In this document: positions 38,162 through 48,622 of the stretch, one piece after another
Numbering within the stretch: the first letter of the stretch is position 1
How the letters are laid out: each line of letters starts with the position of its first letter
DNA from: Candidatus Berkelbacteria bacterium CG10_big_fil_rev_8_21_14_0_10_43_13
GTDB taxonomy: Bacteria > Patescibacteriota > UBA1384 > XYA2-FULL-43-10 > 1-14-0-10-43-13
Direction of reading: 5' to 3'
Assembly (NCBI GenBank): GCA_002773985.1
Contig: PEZW01000009.1
Location: forward strand, 23,546-87,545
DNA: 64,000 nucleotides
The notes under the pieces: generated by a model
Database searches by the model: none
Seen by the model: the letters and a program-made list of their open reading frames with translations, nothing else
Told to the model about the DNA's origin: nothing
Program-made: the position numbers and the translations under genes

Positions 38162-39454
38162 ATGAAAACATTGACATTGGAAAAAATGAGTCCGAAAAAA
38201 ATTATTGCACTTTGCCGACGACCCAGCACCGTCACTGTCAAAGATATGGAAAGAACAAGCAAAATAATTTCGTCAGTAAAAAAAGAAGGCGACCGAGCAG
38301 TTAGCAGATATACTGCTATGTTCGATGGTGCGAATATTAACAATATTAAAGTTTCCGCAAATAAAATAACAAGAGCGTGGAAAACACTCAACAACCAGAC
38401 ACGCCAAGCACTGATTTTAGCCCAAAAATCAATTTTTGATTTTCACTGTCTAGAAAATCCAAAAGATATTCACCTAGCAAAAAACGGTGCAAAACTGTCT
38501 CGGAAGTCCATAGCGATAGAAAAAGTAGGACTGTACATCCCCAGCGGTCAAGCACCACTTGTCTCGACTGTTTTGATGCTCGGAGTGCCAGCAAAGATTG
38601 CCGGATGCAAACGTGTAGTCATCTGCACACCGCCGTCAAAATCGGGCGAAATCAATTCCAATATTTTAGCTACAGCAAAAATCGTTGGCATCCAAGAAAT
38701 TTACAGAGTTGGTGGTGTACAAGCGATTGCAGCACTCGCATATGGCACAGAATCGATACCAAAAGTAGATAAAATTTTTGGTCCGGGCAATCGTTTCGTG
38801 ACTACAGCCAAAATGATCGTTTCAGCTGACCAAGATGGTGCAGCGATAGATATGCCTGCGGGACCATCAGAACTGCTAGTAATTGCCGACCGATTTGCGC
38901 GTGCTGATTTTATTGCCGCTGACCTCCTGTCCCAAGCAGAGCACAGCTCGGATTCTCAAGTAATTCTTGTCTGCACCGACGAAATCAAAATACGCGAGAT
39001 AGAGCTAGAAATCAGAAAACAAATATTAGGTCTACCGCGCAAAAAGATTATTGAGCAAGTTTTAGAAAAGAGTTATTCAATAATTGCAAAAGACGTCAAT
39101 TCGGCAATTAAATTCGCAAATACCTATGCTCCCGAGCACCTTATTTTGAATGTCAAAAATTTCCGATCATTTGAAAAAAAAATCCAAAATGCCGGGTCAG
39201 TCTTCCTTGGTCAACTATCTCCAGAATCAGCCGGTGATTATGCGAGTGGACCCAATCACACCCTGCCTACGTCTGGCTACGCTAGGACTTGGAGTGGATT
39301 ATCTGTTGAGAGTTTTACGAAAAACATTACATTTCAAGAACTGGATCAAGACGCCATTAAATACCTATCATCGCCAGTAAAAACCCTGGCGAAAATTGAG
39401 GGGCTCGAGGCACACAGCAAAGCCATGGAGATTAGAGAGAAATTTAATAATTAG
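38162..39454 (+). CDS. hisD: Histidinol dehydrogenase
   Basis: Full-length, 430 aa, with conserved AGPSE and the Cys/His/Asp catalytic regions. No other his genes in the window. Confidence 0.85.
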   Translation: MKTLTLEKMSPKKIIALCRRPSTVTVKDMERTSKIISSVKKEGDRAVSRYTAMFDGANINNIKVSANKITRAWKTLNNQTRQALILAQKSIFDFHCLENPKDIHLAKNGAKLSRKSIAIEKVGLYIPSGQAPLVSTVLMLGVPAKIAGCKRVVICTPPSKSGEINSNILATAKIVGIQEIYRVGGVQAIAALAYGTESIPKVDKIFGPGNRFVTTAKMIVSADQDGAAIDMPAGPSELLVIADRFARADFIAADLLSQAEHSSDSQVILVCTDEIKIREIELEIRKQILGLPRKKIIEQVLEKSYSIIAKDVNSAIKFANTYAPEHLILNVKNFRSFEKKIQNAGSVFLGQLSPESAGDYASGPNHTLPTSGYARTWSGLSVESFTKNITFQELDQDAIKYLSSPVKTLAKIEGLEAHSKAMEIREKFNN

Positions 39455-40743
39455 TTCAAAAATTTGACGAGACTTGCAATATCTCTGACTCCATCAACAA
39501 TCTTATAGCCAAGATTTTTAGTCTCTTTTTCGCGGTCGGATTGACGGATGACACGGCGAACCTCACCGAGAAGTCCAACCTCTCCGACAAAAACTGAGTT
39601 TGCCCCAAATGATTTATTTTTGTATGAAGAAATTATCGCCGCACAAACTGCCAGATCGACTGCCGGCTCGTTTACCCGCATCCCGCCGACGATATTTAGA
39701 TAGATATCATGATTTGACAGATCAAAATGCGTTTTCTTGGAGATCACTGCCGCTAGCAGATTTAATCTGTTCAAGTTGAACCCAGCCGCCGTTCTCTTCG
39801 GATAGCCGAAATGTGTCGGCGCGACCAGAGCCTGAACCTCGACCAATATCGGTCGCGTCCCCTCGAGTGCAACTGTGACCACCGAACCCGGGCTATCGTT
39901 TTTCTCCGACAGGAAAAGTTCCGATGGGTTCTTAACCTCGACCAGACCTTTCTCCTGCATCGCGAAAATACCGACTTCGTTGGTCGCGCCAAACCTGTTT
40001 TTGATATCACGCAGGATCCGCGCTTCAGAAAATTTCTCACCTTCCAGATACAAAACTGTGTCGACCAAATGCTCGAGAATTCTCGGACCGGCTAGATTGC
40101 CCTCTTTCGTTACATGACCGATAATAATGATTGATCGACCGGTTTTCTTCGCCAGCTGTTGCAAGTAAATTCCACACTCCCGCACCTGGACGATCGAGCC
40201 GGGTGTCGCGTCATACGAATTATGAAAAACGGTTTGGATCGAATCAATGATTATCAGATCTGGATCTATCTTTTCAATTTCACGATCTAGCGCAGAAATT
40301 TCTGGTCCGGAAGCTAGAGTGATGTTTTCACCATTTATTCCCATTCTTTTTGCCCGCATCGTGATTTGCGACATCGACTCCTCTGCCGAGAGATAAAACG
40401 CTCGCTTCATCCTATTGGCAACGTCTAAGATCAGAGTTGATTTACCAATCCCCGGCTCGCCACCAAGCAAGGTGATCGAACCCGGCACTATTCCCCCACC
40501 CATCACCCGATCAAATTCACCAATTCCAGTTTTTGTCCGCTGATTATTTGTGACCTCAACATCAGACATCATCTTGCTCTCAATTTTCTCTTCCGCCTTG
40601 CTTCCCCCTCGGGACTTAGTACTCTGTACTTGCAACTCCTTTAGCGTATTCCATTCACCACAAGCAGGACACTTCCCTGCCCAAGTGCTAAATTCGTTTC
40701 CACAACTCTCACACAACCAGATTGTTGAAGGTTTTTTAGACAT
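39451..40743 (-). CDS. radA: DNA repair protein RadA/Sms
   Basis: N-terminal C4 zinc finger (CESCGNEF..CPACGEW), Walker A GGEPGIGKST, KNRFG motif, Lon-like C-domain. Confidence 0.9.
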   Translation of the reverse strand: MSKKPSTIWLCESCGNEFSTWAGKCPACGEWNTLKELQVQSTKSRGGSKAEEKIESKMMSDVEVTNNQRTKTGIGEFDRVMGGGIVPGSITLLGGEPGIGKSTLILDVANRMKRAFYLSAEESMSQITMRAKRMGINGENITLASGPEISALDREIEKIDPDLIIIDSIQTVFHNSYDATPGSIVQVRECGIYLQQLAKKTGRSIIIIGHVTKEGNLAGPRILEHLVDTVLYLEGEKFSEARILRDIKNRFGATNEVGIFAMQEKGLVEVKNPSELFLSEKNDSPGSVVTVALEGTRPILVEVQALVAPTHFGYPKRTAAGFNLNRLNLLAAVISKKTHFDLSNHDIYLNIVGGMRVNEPAVDLAVCAAIISSYKNKSFGANSVFVGEVGLLGEVRRVIRQSDREKETKNLGYKIVDGVRDIASLVKFLN

Positions 40744-40752
40744 ATTGTCTTA

Positions 40753-42432
40753 TTATTTTGAATGAATTTTTATATCAATGATGTGCAAGCAAAGTTCAGA
40801 TTGACCGTTCCATTCGTCCAGGTTCAATGTGAATGCAAGGTCATATTTTTTATCTTCACTTATCATACTTTTATCATACGGAAAGAAAAAATGGATTAAT
40901 TTTATCCGATCATTTTGATCAACTGCTTTGGCTTGGAAATGGTTTTGGTCACGTCCGACAAATCGTATATTTTCGAAATTAACTTTTTCGGTCATAAAGG
41001 CTGGACGTGGGTTACCCATTCCAAACGGCTCGAAATGTAATACTTTTTCATACAATTTTCTCGACATTTCTGAGAGCTTGACTTCGGCATCGATCTTTAT
41101 CTTCTTGACCAGATCGCTATCTTTGATATTTTCTTTGCCGATTTTGGCAATCAATTTTTGAAACTTTGTCCAATTTACTGTCTTCATCGACAAACCAGCT
41201 GCGCCGGCATGACCACCAAATTTCTCAAGCAAATCCTTGGCCAGAGTTAATATATCGACGATATTGACGCCGCTGACACTTCGGGAGCTTCCGACCAACA
41301 TCACACCTTCTTCAGCGAAGAGAATGATCGGACGATTGTATTTTTCGACCATCCGACTTGCTGTCGGTCCGATGACTCCCTTCGGCCAGTCTCCACGAAC
41401 GATAATAATCTTGTCTGCCATCAAATTATTTTCTTCGATATATTTGGTTGCTTCCTTTTCGACCTTATCCATAGCCGCTTGTCGAGATTCATTTTCAGAG
41501 TTAAGCCATTTCGCCAATTCCTTCGCCTCAGCTGGGTCATCAGTCACCAGAAGTTCGAAAGATTTCGTCGCTTTACCCATTCGTCCCGGCGCATTTATCC
41601 TCGGTCCTATCTGAAAACCGACATGATATGCCCCGATATTTTCTGCGTCTAAATTTGCGATTCGAATTAGTTCTGCCAGACCGAGATTTTTGGTCTTGCG
41701 CATCACCAGCAAGCCAAACAGAGCAATAATTCTGTTTTCATTTTTCAAAGCCACAACATCAGAGATGGTCGAAATTGCAACTAAATCCAAATTCCACTTG
41801 AGAAATTTTTCATCAATATTGTCGGGGAATATTTTACCAAGTCCTTGAATTAATTTAAAAGCGACGGCACAGCCGCACAGATCTTTGTCTGGATACTTAT
41901 CCCCTTTTTGCTTCGGATTGATGACCAAAAATGCTTCAGGGGTCTTGTTATCCGGCAGATGGTGGTCAGTGATAATCAGATCAATTCCTATTTCTCTAGC
42001 ATAATTCGCTTCAGCAAAACTCCTGATACCGAGATCGATAGTTATGACAAGTTCACATTTTTTGGATTTCAATAAATCAAGACCAACTTTGCTCAGACCA
42101 TATCCATCATCACGACTTGGGATATAAACTTCGTGATCGATACCGATTTTTTTCAATGCACGAGAAAATAGTGCCGCACCTGGTACGCCATCAGCATCGT
42201 AGTCAGAGAAAATACCGATTTTTGTCTTGTTGTCATAAGCCAGTTTTATCCGATCGACTGCTTTCTCCAGATTTTTCATCAGAAACGGATCATGAAGGTC
42301 TTTGTTAAAATCAGGATTGAAAAATCTCTTTTTAGCCTCTTCGTCAGTTTCTAGCTGGATAACGCCCCGATTAAAAAGCAGTTGATCAAGCAGATCGTCA
42401 AATTGTCGTTTTTTTACTTTCCATTCTGGCAT
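40753..42432 (-). CDS. recJ: Single-stranded-DNA-specific exonuclease RecJ
   Basis: DHH motifs (ITDHH), DHHA1 GGHAGAAG. Confidence 0.85.
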   Translation of the reverse strand: MPEWKVKKRQFDDLLDQLLFNRGVIQLETDEEAKKRFFNPDFNKDLHDPFLMKNLEKAVDRIKLAYDNKTKIGIFSDYDADGVPGAALFSRALKKIGIDHEVYIPSRDDGYGLSKVGLDLLKSKKCELVITIDLGIRSFAEANYAREIGIDLIITDHHLPDNKTPEAFLVINPKQKGDKYPDKDLCGCAVAFKLIQGLGKIFPDNIDEKFLKWNLDLVAISTISDVVALKNENRIIALFGLLVMRKTKNLGLAELIRIANLDAENIGAYHVGFQIGPRINAPGRMGKATKSFELLVTDDPAEAKELAKWLNSENESRQAAMDKVEKEATKYIEENNLMADKIIIVRGDWPKGVIGPTASRMVEKYNRPIILFAEEGVMLVGSSRSVSGVNIVDILTLAKDLLEKFGGHAGAAGLSMKTVNWTKFQKLIAKIGKENIKDSDLVKKIKIDAEVKLSEMSRKLYEKVLHFEPFGMGNPRPAFMTEKVNFENIRFVGRDQNHFQAKAVDQNDRIKLIHFFFPYDKSMISEDKKYDLAFTLNLDEWNGQSELCLHIIDIKIHSK

Positions 42433-43100
42433 TATAATCCAAACTTTTTATTATTTAATTCGCGTAAAGCATCTGCAGCAATCCACCTAGCTGACTTGGA
42501 ATCAATCTGTTTGATTTCTTCCGCTAATTTAATTGCTTTTTTATTTAACTCTTTGTTTCGCTTGCCGATCTGGCGCAGACACCAATTCACCGCCTTTTTG
42601 ACAAAGTTGCGTTCATCGGTAGCATATTTTTTTATCATCGGAAAAAACTTTACAAACTCTTCGTCCGCCATTTTTTTGTCATGAACTGACAATGCAGTAA
42701 TGATGACGAAACCGGTGCGACGGACAAACTCCTCTTCTCTTTTGACCAATTCAAAGGCTTTTCTATAGGCAAAGTCAGTTTTATCAAATAAATTGCTACA
42801 GGTTTGATCGCAGATATCCCAACTGTCAAAATCAGCCGCCCAATCATCAAGCTGTTTCTCGGTCACCTTGTCCGGCTCGTCGATAAAGACTGCCAACATT
42901 CTCGCTTCATGAATGCCGCTGTTCCACAATTCAAGCGCCAATTCGTGATTTCGGCCGATTTCTTTGGCAATTTTCCTAAGTGTTGGCAGATTTGGTCCAC
43001 CAAGAACATTCTCTCCAGTAATTCCAAATCGCGCCATCCCCTCGCGGTTTTTGGCACTTTCATAAGTTTTTAGTTGTGCAATTATCTCTTCAGCGGTCAT
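42432..43100 (-). CDS. DNA alkylation repair protein (AlkD/AlkC-like HEAT-repeat glycosylase)
   Basis: 222 aa, helical-repeat architecture, conserved W and R positions of the AlkD family. Confidence 0.7.
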   Translation of the reverse strand: MTAEEIIAQLKTYESAKNREGMARFGITGENVLGGPNLPTLRKIAKEIGRNHELALELWNSGIHEARMLAVFIDEPDKVTEKQLDDWAADFDSWDICDQTCSNLFDKTDFAYRKAFELVKREEEFVRRTGFVIITALSVHDKKMADEEFVKFFPMIKKYATDERNFVKKAVNWCLRQIGKRNKELNKKAIKLAEEIKQIDSKSARWIAADALRELNNKKFGL

Positions 43101-43146
43101 CGAGAAATCCAGTTTTAAGTCTTAATATTTAGTCTGTAGTGAAATG

Positions 43147-43215
43147 CTGTCTGTACTGTCATTCTGAGCCTCAAAGCGAAGAATCAGTAACCGGTTCAGA
43201 GATCCTTCGCAAGCT
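43147..43215. repeat. Short MITE-like palindromic element (TGTCATTCTGAGCC...GCTCAGGATGACA), about 69 bp
   Basis: Imperfect inverted repeat with central aaccggtt. Confidence 0.55.
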
Positions 43216-43309
43216 CAGGATGACAACTAATTTATAGAAACGCTACACGCTAAATTTGGAATTTATAATTGTTTGAAAATTGCAAAATTGAAAATTGAAA
43301 ATTTTTTGG

Positions 43310-44110
43310 TCACTTGTAGTACGCCCAACCATCAATTCGCAGATCGACGTATTCATGAATATTGTCTCTGTACTGAGTCAGAATTTTTTTCAAATCACCG
43401 AGCTGTTTCTGACTGCTTCGCAGTGAATTTAGTTTGACATAGAAGCCAGCTTCAGTCTTCAGGTTGATATTAAAAGTCGTCTCGGGAATCTCGAAATTTA
43501 GCGGCTTGATACCCTCCTCAATTTGAAAAGAGGAAAAGACATTGGTGATAAAAGCGACAAAATTTGGTGAGACTAATTCCTGCCCCAGCTTGATCGGCAG
43601 GTTTTTCGTATCGACAACGACCGGCAAACTTCCGATCTGCTTAGTGACAATTTTACGTGTCACGTAACCTTTAGCACTGACATAATATAAATCACTGTTC
43701 GTCTGCCAGACCATCTTGTTTTCGCGCTCTAGCACGACTATCTTCAGCGCATCAGGTACGCCACGATATATTGCGACTTGCTTAATCTCAGGAAATTTCG
43801 ACACTATTTCTGACCTACTTTTTTCAGTATTGAACAGAAAAATATTTTTACCCTGAGGCAATATACTCACAATCTCATCTTTGCTAACCAGAGAGTTGCC
43901 TTCGATAATAATTTCTTTGACTTGGAATTGCGACGAGGCAAAAAAATAATAGAGAACCACAAGGATGATAATTAAAATCAATAAAAACTTCAGCCTTGCA
44001 GGAGACAGTTTGAACTTCGTCTTCTCTCGACCGCGTGTTGGCCGATAAATTTTAGGCGAACGGTATTTATTGGCCGAAGGATATGTTTTTTTGTAATATT
44101 CTTTTACCAT
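43310..44110 (-). CDS. ftsQ: Cell division protein FtsQ/DivIB (POTRA)
   Basis: Basic N-terminus, single TM, POTRA-like domain. Position at the distal end of the dcw cluster after murB. Confidence 0.65.
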   Translation of the reverse strand: MVKEYYKKTYPSANKYRSPKIYRPTRGREKTKFKLSPARLKFLLILIIILVVLYYFFASSQFQVKEIIIEGNSLVSKDEIVSILPQGKNIFLFNTEKSRSEIVSKFPEIKQVAIYRGVPDALKIVVLERENKMVWQTNSDLYYVSAKGYVTRKIVTKQIGSLPVVVDTKNLPIKLGQELVSPNFVAFITNVFSSFQIEEGIKPLNFEIPETTFNINLKTEAGFYVKLNSLRSSQKQLGDLKKILTQYRDNIHEYVDLRIDGWAYYK

Positions 44111-45045
44111 CTGCCGATATACTCAATTTCTTCTTCAAGATCACAATCATATTTTTCTTTGACCAATTCCTTGGCTTTTTCAGCCAAATCATGCACATCG
44201 GAAGCGGTAGCGTTTTTACGATTGATTAGAAAATTTGCATGTTTTTTTGAGAATGCAGCACCACCGACACGAAGTTTCTTGGCACCTGAGTGATCGATTA
44301 GATATCCAGCGGAATTTTCCGGTAGAGCACCAAGATTTTTAAAGAAGCTGCCAGCAGATATTTCACCAAGTGGTTGATTTTTCTTTTTGACCGCCATATT
44401 TTCCTGTGTCATCCTCAAGATCTCGTCCTTTCGTCTTTGAACCAGCTGTAGTGTCACCGTGAGGATGACTGGCTTATGTTTGTCTTTTCTGTAATCAGTT
44501 TTCAAGATAGATGACCGATAAGCAAAACTCATCCATGCTGGACTATGCCTGACGATAACGACTGTATCGTCCTTCGGAATAAGCAAGGTAACAGATTTGA
44601 CGAAATCGCCGATTGATTGACCAAGCGCCCCAGCGTTGCCATAAACTGCCCCACCAACAGAAGAAGGCACACCAAAAAGAAATTCCAAACCACCAAGATC
44701 ATGACTGGTTGCCTGATTTATCAGCCGGCCCAAATTGACACCAGAATCAGCAATCACTCCTGAAAAATCAGGACTAAACACTATATTCGAACAATCGTTT
44801 TTGATTACCAAACCGGGAAAACCAAGATCGGAGGGAATAATATTGTAACCACCACCAAGAATAAAATATGGAATTTTTAGCTTAACTGCTGCTGATACTG
44901 CCAATGTCAGATTGTTAATATCTGTCGCTGAGTAAAAAAAATCTGCGACCCCACCGACCTTCATCGAAACGTAGTCGCGTAAAACGACATTTTGTCGCAA
45001 GTCTTCACCTAAAATTTTTCGCAACTCTGCGTCGATATCCTTCAT
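44104..45045 (-). CDS. murB: UDP-N-acetylenolpyruvoylglucosamine reductase
   Basis: FAD-binding N-domain (VGGVADFF), catalytic region. dcw context. Confidence 0.85.
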   Translation of the reverse strand: MKDIDAELRKILGEDLRQNVVLRDYVSMKVGGVADFFYSATDINNLTLAVSAAVKLKIPYFILGGGYNIIPSDLGFPGLVIKNDCSNIVFSPDFSGVIADSGVNLGRLINQATSHDLGGLEFLFGVPSSVGGAVYGNAGALGQSIGDFVKSVTLLIPKDDTVVIVRHSPAWMSFAYRSSILKTDYRKDKHKPVILTVTLQLVQRRKDEILRMTQENMAVKKKNQPLGEISAGSFFKNLGALPENSAGYLIDHSGAKKLRVGGAAFSKKHANFLINRKNATASDVHDLAEKAKELVKEKYDCDLEEEIEYIGRW

Positions 45046-46307
45046 TTTGACTCCAATAAGAGATCGGCAATTTTGTAGACCGGCGGAATACCAATGGTCA
45101 ACAAGACAGCGCTTGAGTCAAGTTCATCCCTTAAATATTTTGCTATCTCTTCATCTGTTTCTATCACTTTTGCAATATTTTTTTTCCGATTTACTCTATC
45201 AACCAAATCATCTGAAGATATATCTAGCACCTCGTCGCGGCCTGGTACAAAATAAATTGGTTTGATGATAACCTCGTCGACTTGGCTAAAAGCAGCGCCA
45301 AATTCTTCCAGTAGCGGCTTGATTCGCTTATATTGATGTGGCCAAAAAACAACAATTTTCTTTTTGTCTGGATAACGCTCAGCAAGAGCAGCAATAGTCG
45401 TCTTGATTTCCGTAGGATGGTGGCCGTAATCATCTATCAGGTCAGCACCATTTAGGTTGCCTTTGAGTTCAAACCGGCGATGAGCACCGCGAAATTTCGC
45501 CAGAACACTGGAGACAACTTCATACTTTATATGAAGATAATCCGCCAGAGCAACAACAGCCAAAGTATTCAAAACATTGTGCTTTCCTGGTATGGCTAAA
45601 TCAAAATCAAGCTGATTGTATTTCTCCGCCGTAAAACCGTAGTCAATAATCCTGGCTTTAGTCGTTAATTTACCAAGAACTTCTTGCACATTGGCATCAT
45701 CGTGGCAGGCAATAATCACACCATCGTCTGGTAGATGATTGAGATATTCGACAAACGCGTCCTTTATCTCCGACAAGCCACCCGGATAAGTATCGAGATG
45801 TTCGGCTTCAATATTGGTCAGGATAGCAATCTTTGGATAAAAGTCGAGAAAACTTCGATCGTACTCGCAGGCTTCAAAGACAAACCAGTCCGATTCACCT
45901 ATTCGGATCACATCATTGTCAAAATCCTTCACTTCTTCACCAATCAAAACCGTTGGATCCAAATTAGCCGCAATCATAACCAGTCCAGCCATCGCTGTCG
46001 TCGTTGTCTTGCCATGCATACCCGAAATCGCGATAAGTTTCTTGTCCTTGGTCAACTGACCAATCAGCTCTGATCGTTTGACTATTTTGATACCAAGTTT
46101 CTGAGCCGCCTCGACCTCTACCCAGCCTGGAGATCCAGGATTTACCGCCGATGTCCTGACAACTAAGTCAATGTCCGAAGTGACATTGACAGCTGCGTGT
46201 CCGCCAGTCTTGAGATCAGAACCCGTCACGTCATTGCCCAGGAACTCTAAATATTTTTTAATTCCGCGCATCGAGATGCCGCGGTCACCAATCAAATGAT
46301 ATTTCAT
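45042..46307 (-). CDS. murC: UDP-N-acetylmuramate--L-alanine ligase
   Basis: Mur ligase P-loop GMHGKTTTTAM. Confidence 0.9.
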   Translation of the reverse strand: MKYHLIGDRGISMRGIKKYLEFLGNDVTGSDLKTGGHAAVNVTSDIDLVVRTSAVNPGSPGWVEVEAAQKLGIKIVKRSELIGQLTKDKKLIAISGMHGKTTTTAMAGLVMIAANLDPTVLIGEEVKDFDNDVIRIGESDWFVFEACEYDRSFLDFYPKIAILTNIEAEHLDTYPGGLSEIKDAFVEYLNHLPDDGVIIACHDDANVQEVLGKLTTKARIIDYGFTAEKYNQLDFDLAIPGKHNVLNTLAVVALADYLHIKYEVVSSVLAKFRGAHRRFELKGNLNGADLIDDYGHHPTEIKTTIAALAERYPDKKKIVVFWPHQYKRIKPLLEEFGAAFSQVDEVIIKPIYFVPGRDEVLDISSDDLVDRVNRKKNIAKVIETDEEIAKYLRDELDSSAVLLTIGIPPVYKIADLLLESK

Positions 46308-47440
46308 TTTGAAACCTCGCTAATAATTTCTTCACCAATCTTTTCAATGGCATGCGGTGGAAAAAACTTTTTGGCTGACGCAGTCATCTCCTTCATCTTG
46401 CTCTTATCATCAAACAGCTTGCTGATGGTTTCTGTCAAGGTCACCGGCGTCAGTTCACGATCAGTTATCATCAGACAAGCACCAGTTTTTTGTAAAATCT
46501 GTGCATTTTTGACCTGATGGTCACTAGCCGCATGTGGGTAAGGAATCAGAACCATCGGCTTACCAGACCTAGCGATCTCAGCCACGGTCGTCGCACCAGC
46601 TCGGGCAACAACCAAATCAGCCAACTCCATAGCTGACAATAATTTGTTGTCCCCACTAATCGCTGACAGGAAGTCTGCAACAAAGTATGACCTCCTCATA
46701 CTTCCTGGCAACTTTACTCTGACGTCTATCGCTTCGCTAAAACTCTTTGCACCGGTCTGGTGGATGATATTATATTTTGGCAAAAGTTCGGATAGTGCTC
46801 CAAAAACATTCTTATTTATACTGGCCGCACCGAGACTACCACCAGTGATAAACACGACTGGATTATTGTTTGTAAAACCAAAATCAAACCGCTCTGATTT
46901 GTCCAGTTTTTCCATGTCAGTAATCAGTTGACCACAAAATATAATCTTACTTTTCTTCAACTCTGGATAATTTTTTTCAGGAAAACCGGTAAAAACCTTT
47001 TTGGCACCTTTTGCGGCAAAGCGATTGGCTCGACCCATCACTGTGTCTGACTCATGAATATAATAAGGAATGCGCAAAAATCGGGCCCAGATGAGAATCG
47101 GAACAGTGACATAGCCACCTTTTGCAAAAATAATCTTCGGGCGGATCTGGAGTAGATAAACTAGCGCTTGGACAAATCCAGCACAAAAAAGAATACTCTG
47201 CCACAAATTGACGAGGATGTCATAACCCTGAAATTTACCGCTGGTCAAAACAAAATAATTTGGCAAGCCGCCGAAAAATGGCTGTTCGATCTTCGAGCCG
47301 CTGCCGATAATAGCTACTGGAATATCTGGCTCTCTTTCAAGTAAAAACTGATAGATATTGTAGAGCGGAACAACATGACCACCGGTGCCACCACCGACCA
47401 GTAAGATTTTTTCATTTTTATTATTTTTCGATTTTTTCAT
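46304..47440 (-). CDS. murG: Undecaprenyldiphospho-muramoylpentapeptide beta-N-acetylglucosaminyltransferase
   Basis: GGGTGGHVVP N-terminal motif, GT28 architecture. Confidence 0.9.
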   Translation of the reverse strand: MKKSKNNKNEKILLVGGGTGGHVVPLYNIYQFLLEREPDIPVAIIGSGSKIEQPFFGGLPNYFVLTSGKFQGYDILVNLWQSILFCAGFVQALVYLLQIRPKIIFAKGGYVTVPILIWARFLRIPYYIHESDTVMGRANRFAAKGAKKVFTGFPEKNYPELKKSKIIFCGQLITDMEKLDKSERFDFGFTNNNPVVFITGGSLGAASINKNVFGALSELLPKYNIIHQTGAKSFSEAIDVRVKLPGSMRRSYFVADFLSAISGDNKLLSAMELADLVVARAGATTVAEIARSGKPMVLIPYPHAASDHQVKNAQILQKTGACLMITDRELTPVTLTETISKLFDDKSKMKEMTASAKKFFPPHAIEKIGEEIISEVSK

Positions 47441-47503
47441 TTTTAAATTCCAACGATGATATTTGACTTCTGTGTTTATCTGTGGAAAAGATCTGTGCTA
47501 AAA

Positions 47504-48622
47504 TTATCCACCCTGCTGTTTAACTTGATGCTTGGAAATATTGGTCAACACTCCGACTGCAGCAAGCAAAACGATCAGCGAGGTTCCGCCATAGCTAATA
47601 AATGGAAGCGGAATTCCAGTCAACGGCAATAGTCCCAACATCGCTGCCGTATTGATGGCCATCTGAGAAAATATCCAGATTGTCACCCCGATCGCCACTA
47701 ATCTAGCAAAGCCATCCGGAGCAGTCTTGGCGATTTTCAAACCGCGCAAGGCGATAAAAACAAAAACCAGGATAATAGCCGCTGCCCGCAATGTTCCCAA
47801 CTCTTCACAAATTATAGCAAAAATCGAGTCTGTATGCGCTTCCGGCAGATAAAGATATTTCTGTTTACTTTGACCAAAACCGAGACCAAGCAAGCCGCCA
47901 GAACCGATCGCTATCAGAGCATTTTGGATATGATAGCCAGTTGTCAGGGAACCTGTTCCTGGGTTTAAAAATGTGGTCAGTCGCTGCATCCGGTATGGCT
48001 CTAACTTGATCATCAACCAAAGTAAGACTCCGCCAAGGCCCACAGCACCAAAAATCTGATTGAGCGGTGCACCGGATGCGACAAATAAACTACCAGCAAT
48101 AATTACATATACGGACAGTGTGCCAAGATCCTTTTGCATAAACATCAAAAGAACAATAATTCCCAGAATACTGATAAAGGGCCAAAACAGTTTTGCTACA
48201 TCCTTGAGATTGTTGCCTTTTTCACTAAACCAACCGGCTAAATAAAAAATAAATGTCAGCTTTGCTAGTTCTGCTGGCTGAAAATTAAAGCTGCCGACAT
48301 TGATCCAACGACCAGCTGAAGTAATGTGAAGAGGCGAGAGAATAACCGGTAGAAGCAACAGCCCAATTGTAATAAAAAACATCGTCCCGGCGTGTTTTTG
48401 CCAATAGTGATAATCGATAGCCTGAACCACAACCCAGCCGACGAGGCCGATCGCCACCATTAAGAGCTGTTTTTTTAGAAAATATTTATCAGTCACACCG
48501 TCTGTCAATTCTAGAGAATAATATTTCGACACCGAGTAGATCATGATAAGACCAAAAACAATCAAGCCAAAAATCGCCACAGACAACCAATAATCTGAAT
48601 GTTGTCGCCGAAAATTAGTCAT
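47504..48622 (-). CDS. ftsW: SEDS-family peptidoglycan polymerase FtsW/RodA
   Basis: 10-TM SEDS protein between murD and murG. Confidence 0.85.
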   Translation of the reverse strand: MTNFRRQHSDYWLSVAIFGLIVFGLIMIYSVSKYYSLELTDGVTDKYFLKKQLLMVAIGLVGWVVVQAIDYHYWQKHAGTMFFITIGLLLLPVILSPLHITSAGRWINVGSFNFQPAELAKLTFIFYLAGWFSEKGNNLKDVAKLFWPFISILGIIVLLMFMQKDLGTLSVYVIIAGSLFVASGAPLNQIFGAVGLGGVLLWLMIKLEPYRMQRLTTFLNPGTGSLTTGYHIQNALIAIGSGGLLGLGFGQSKQKYLYLPEAHTDSIFAIICEELGTLRAAAIILVFVFIALRGLKIAKTAPDGFARLVAIGVTIWIFSQMAINTAAMLGLLPLTGIPLPFISYGGTSLIVLLAAVGVLTNISKHQVKQQGG

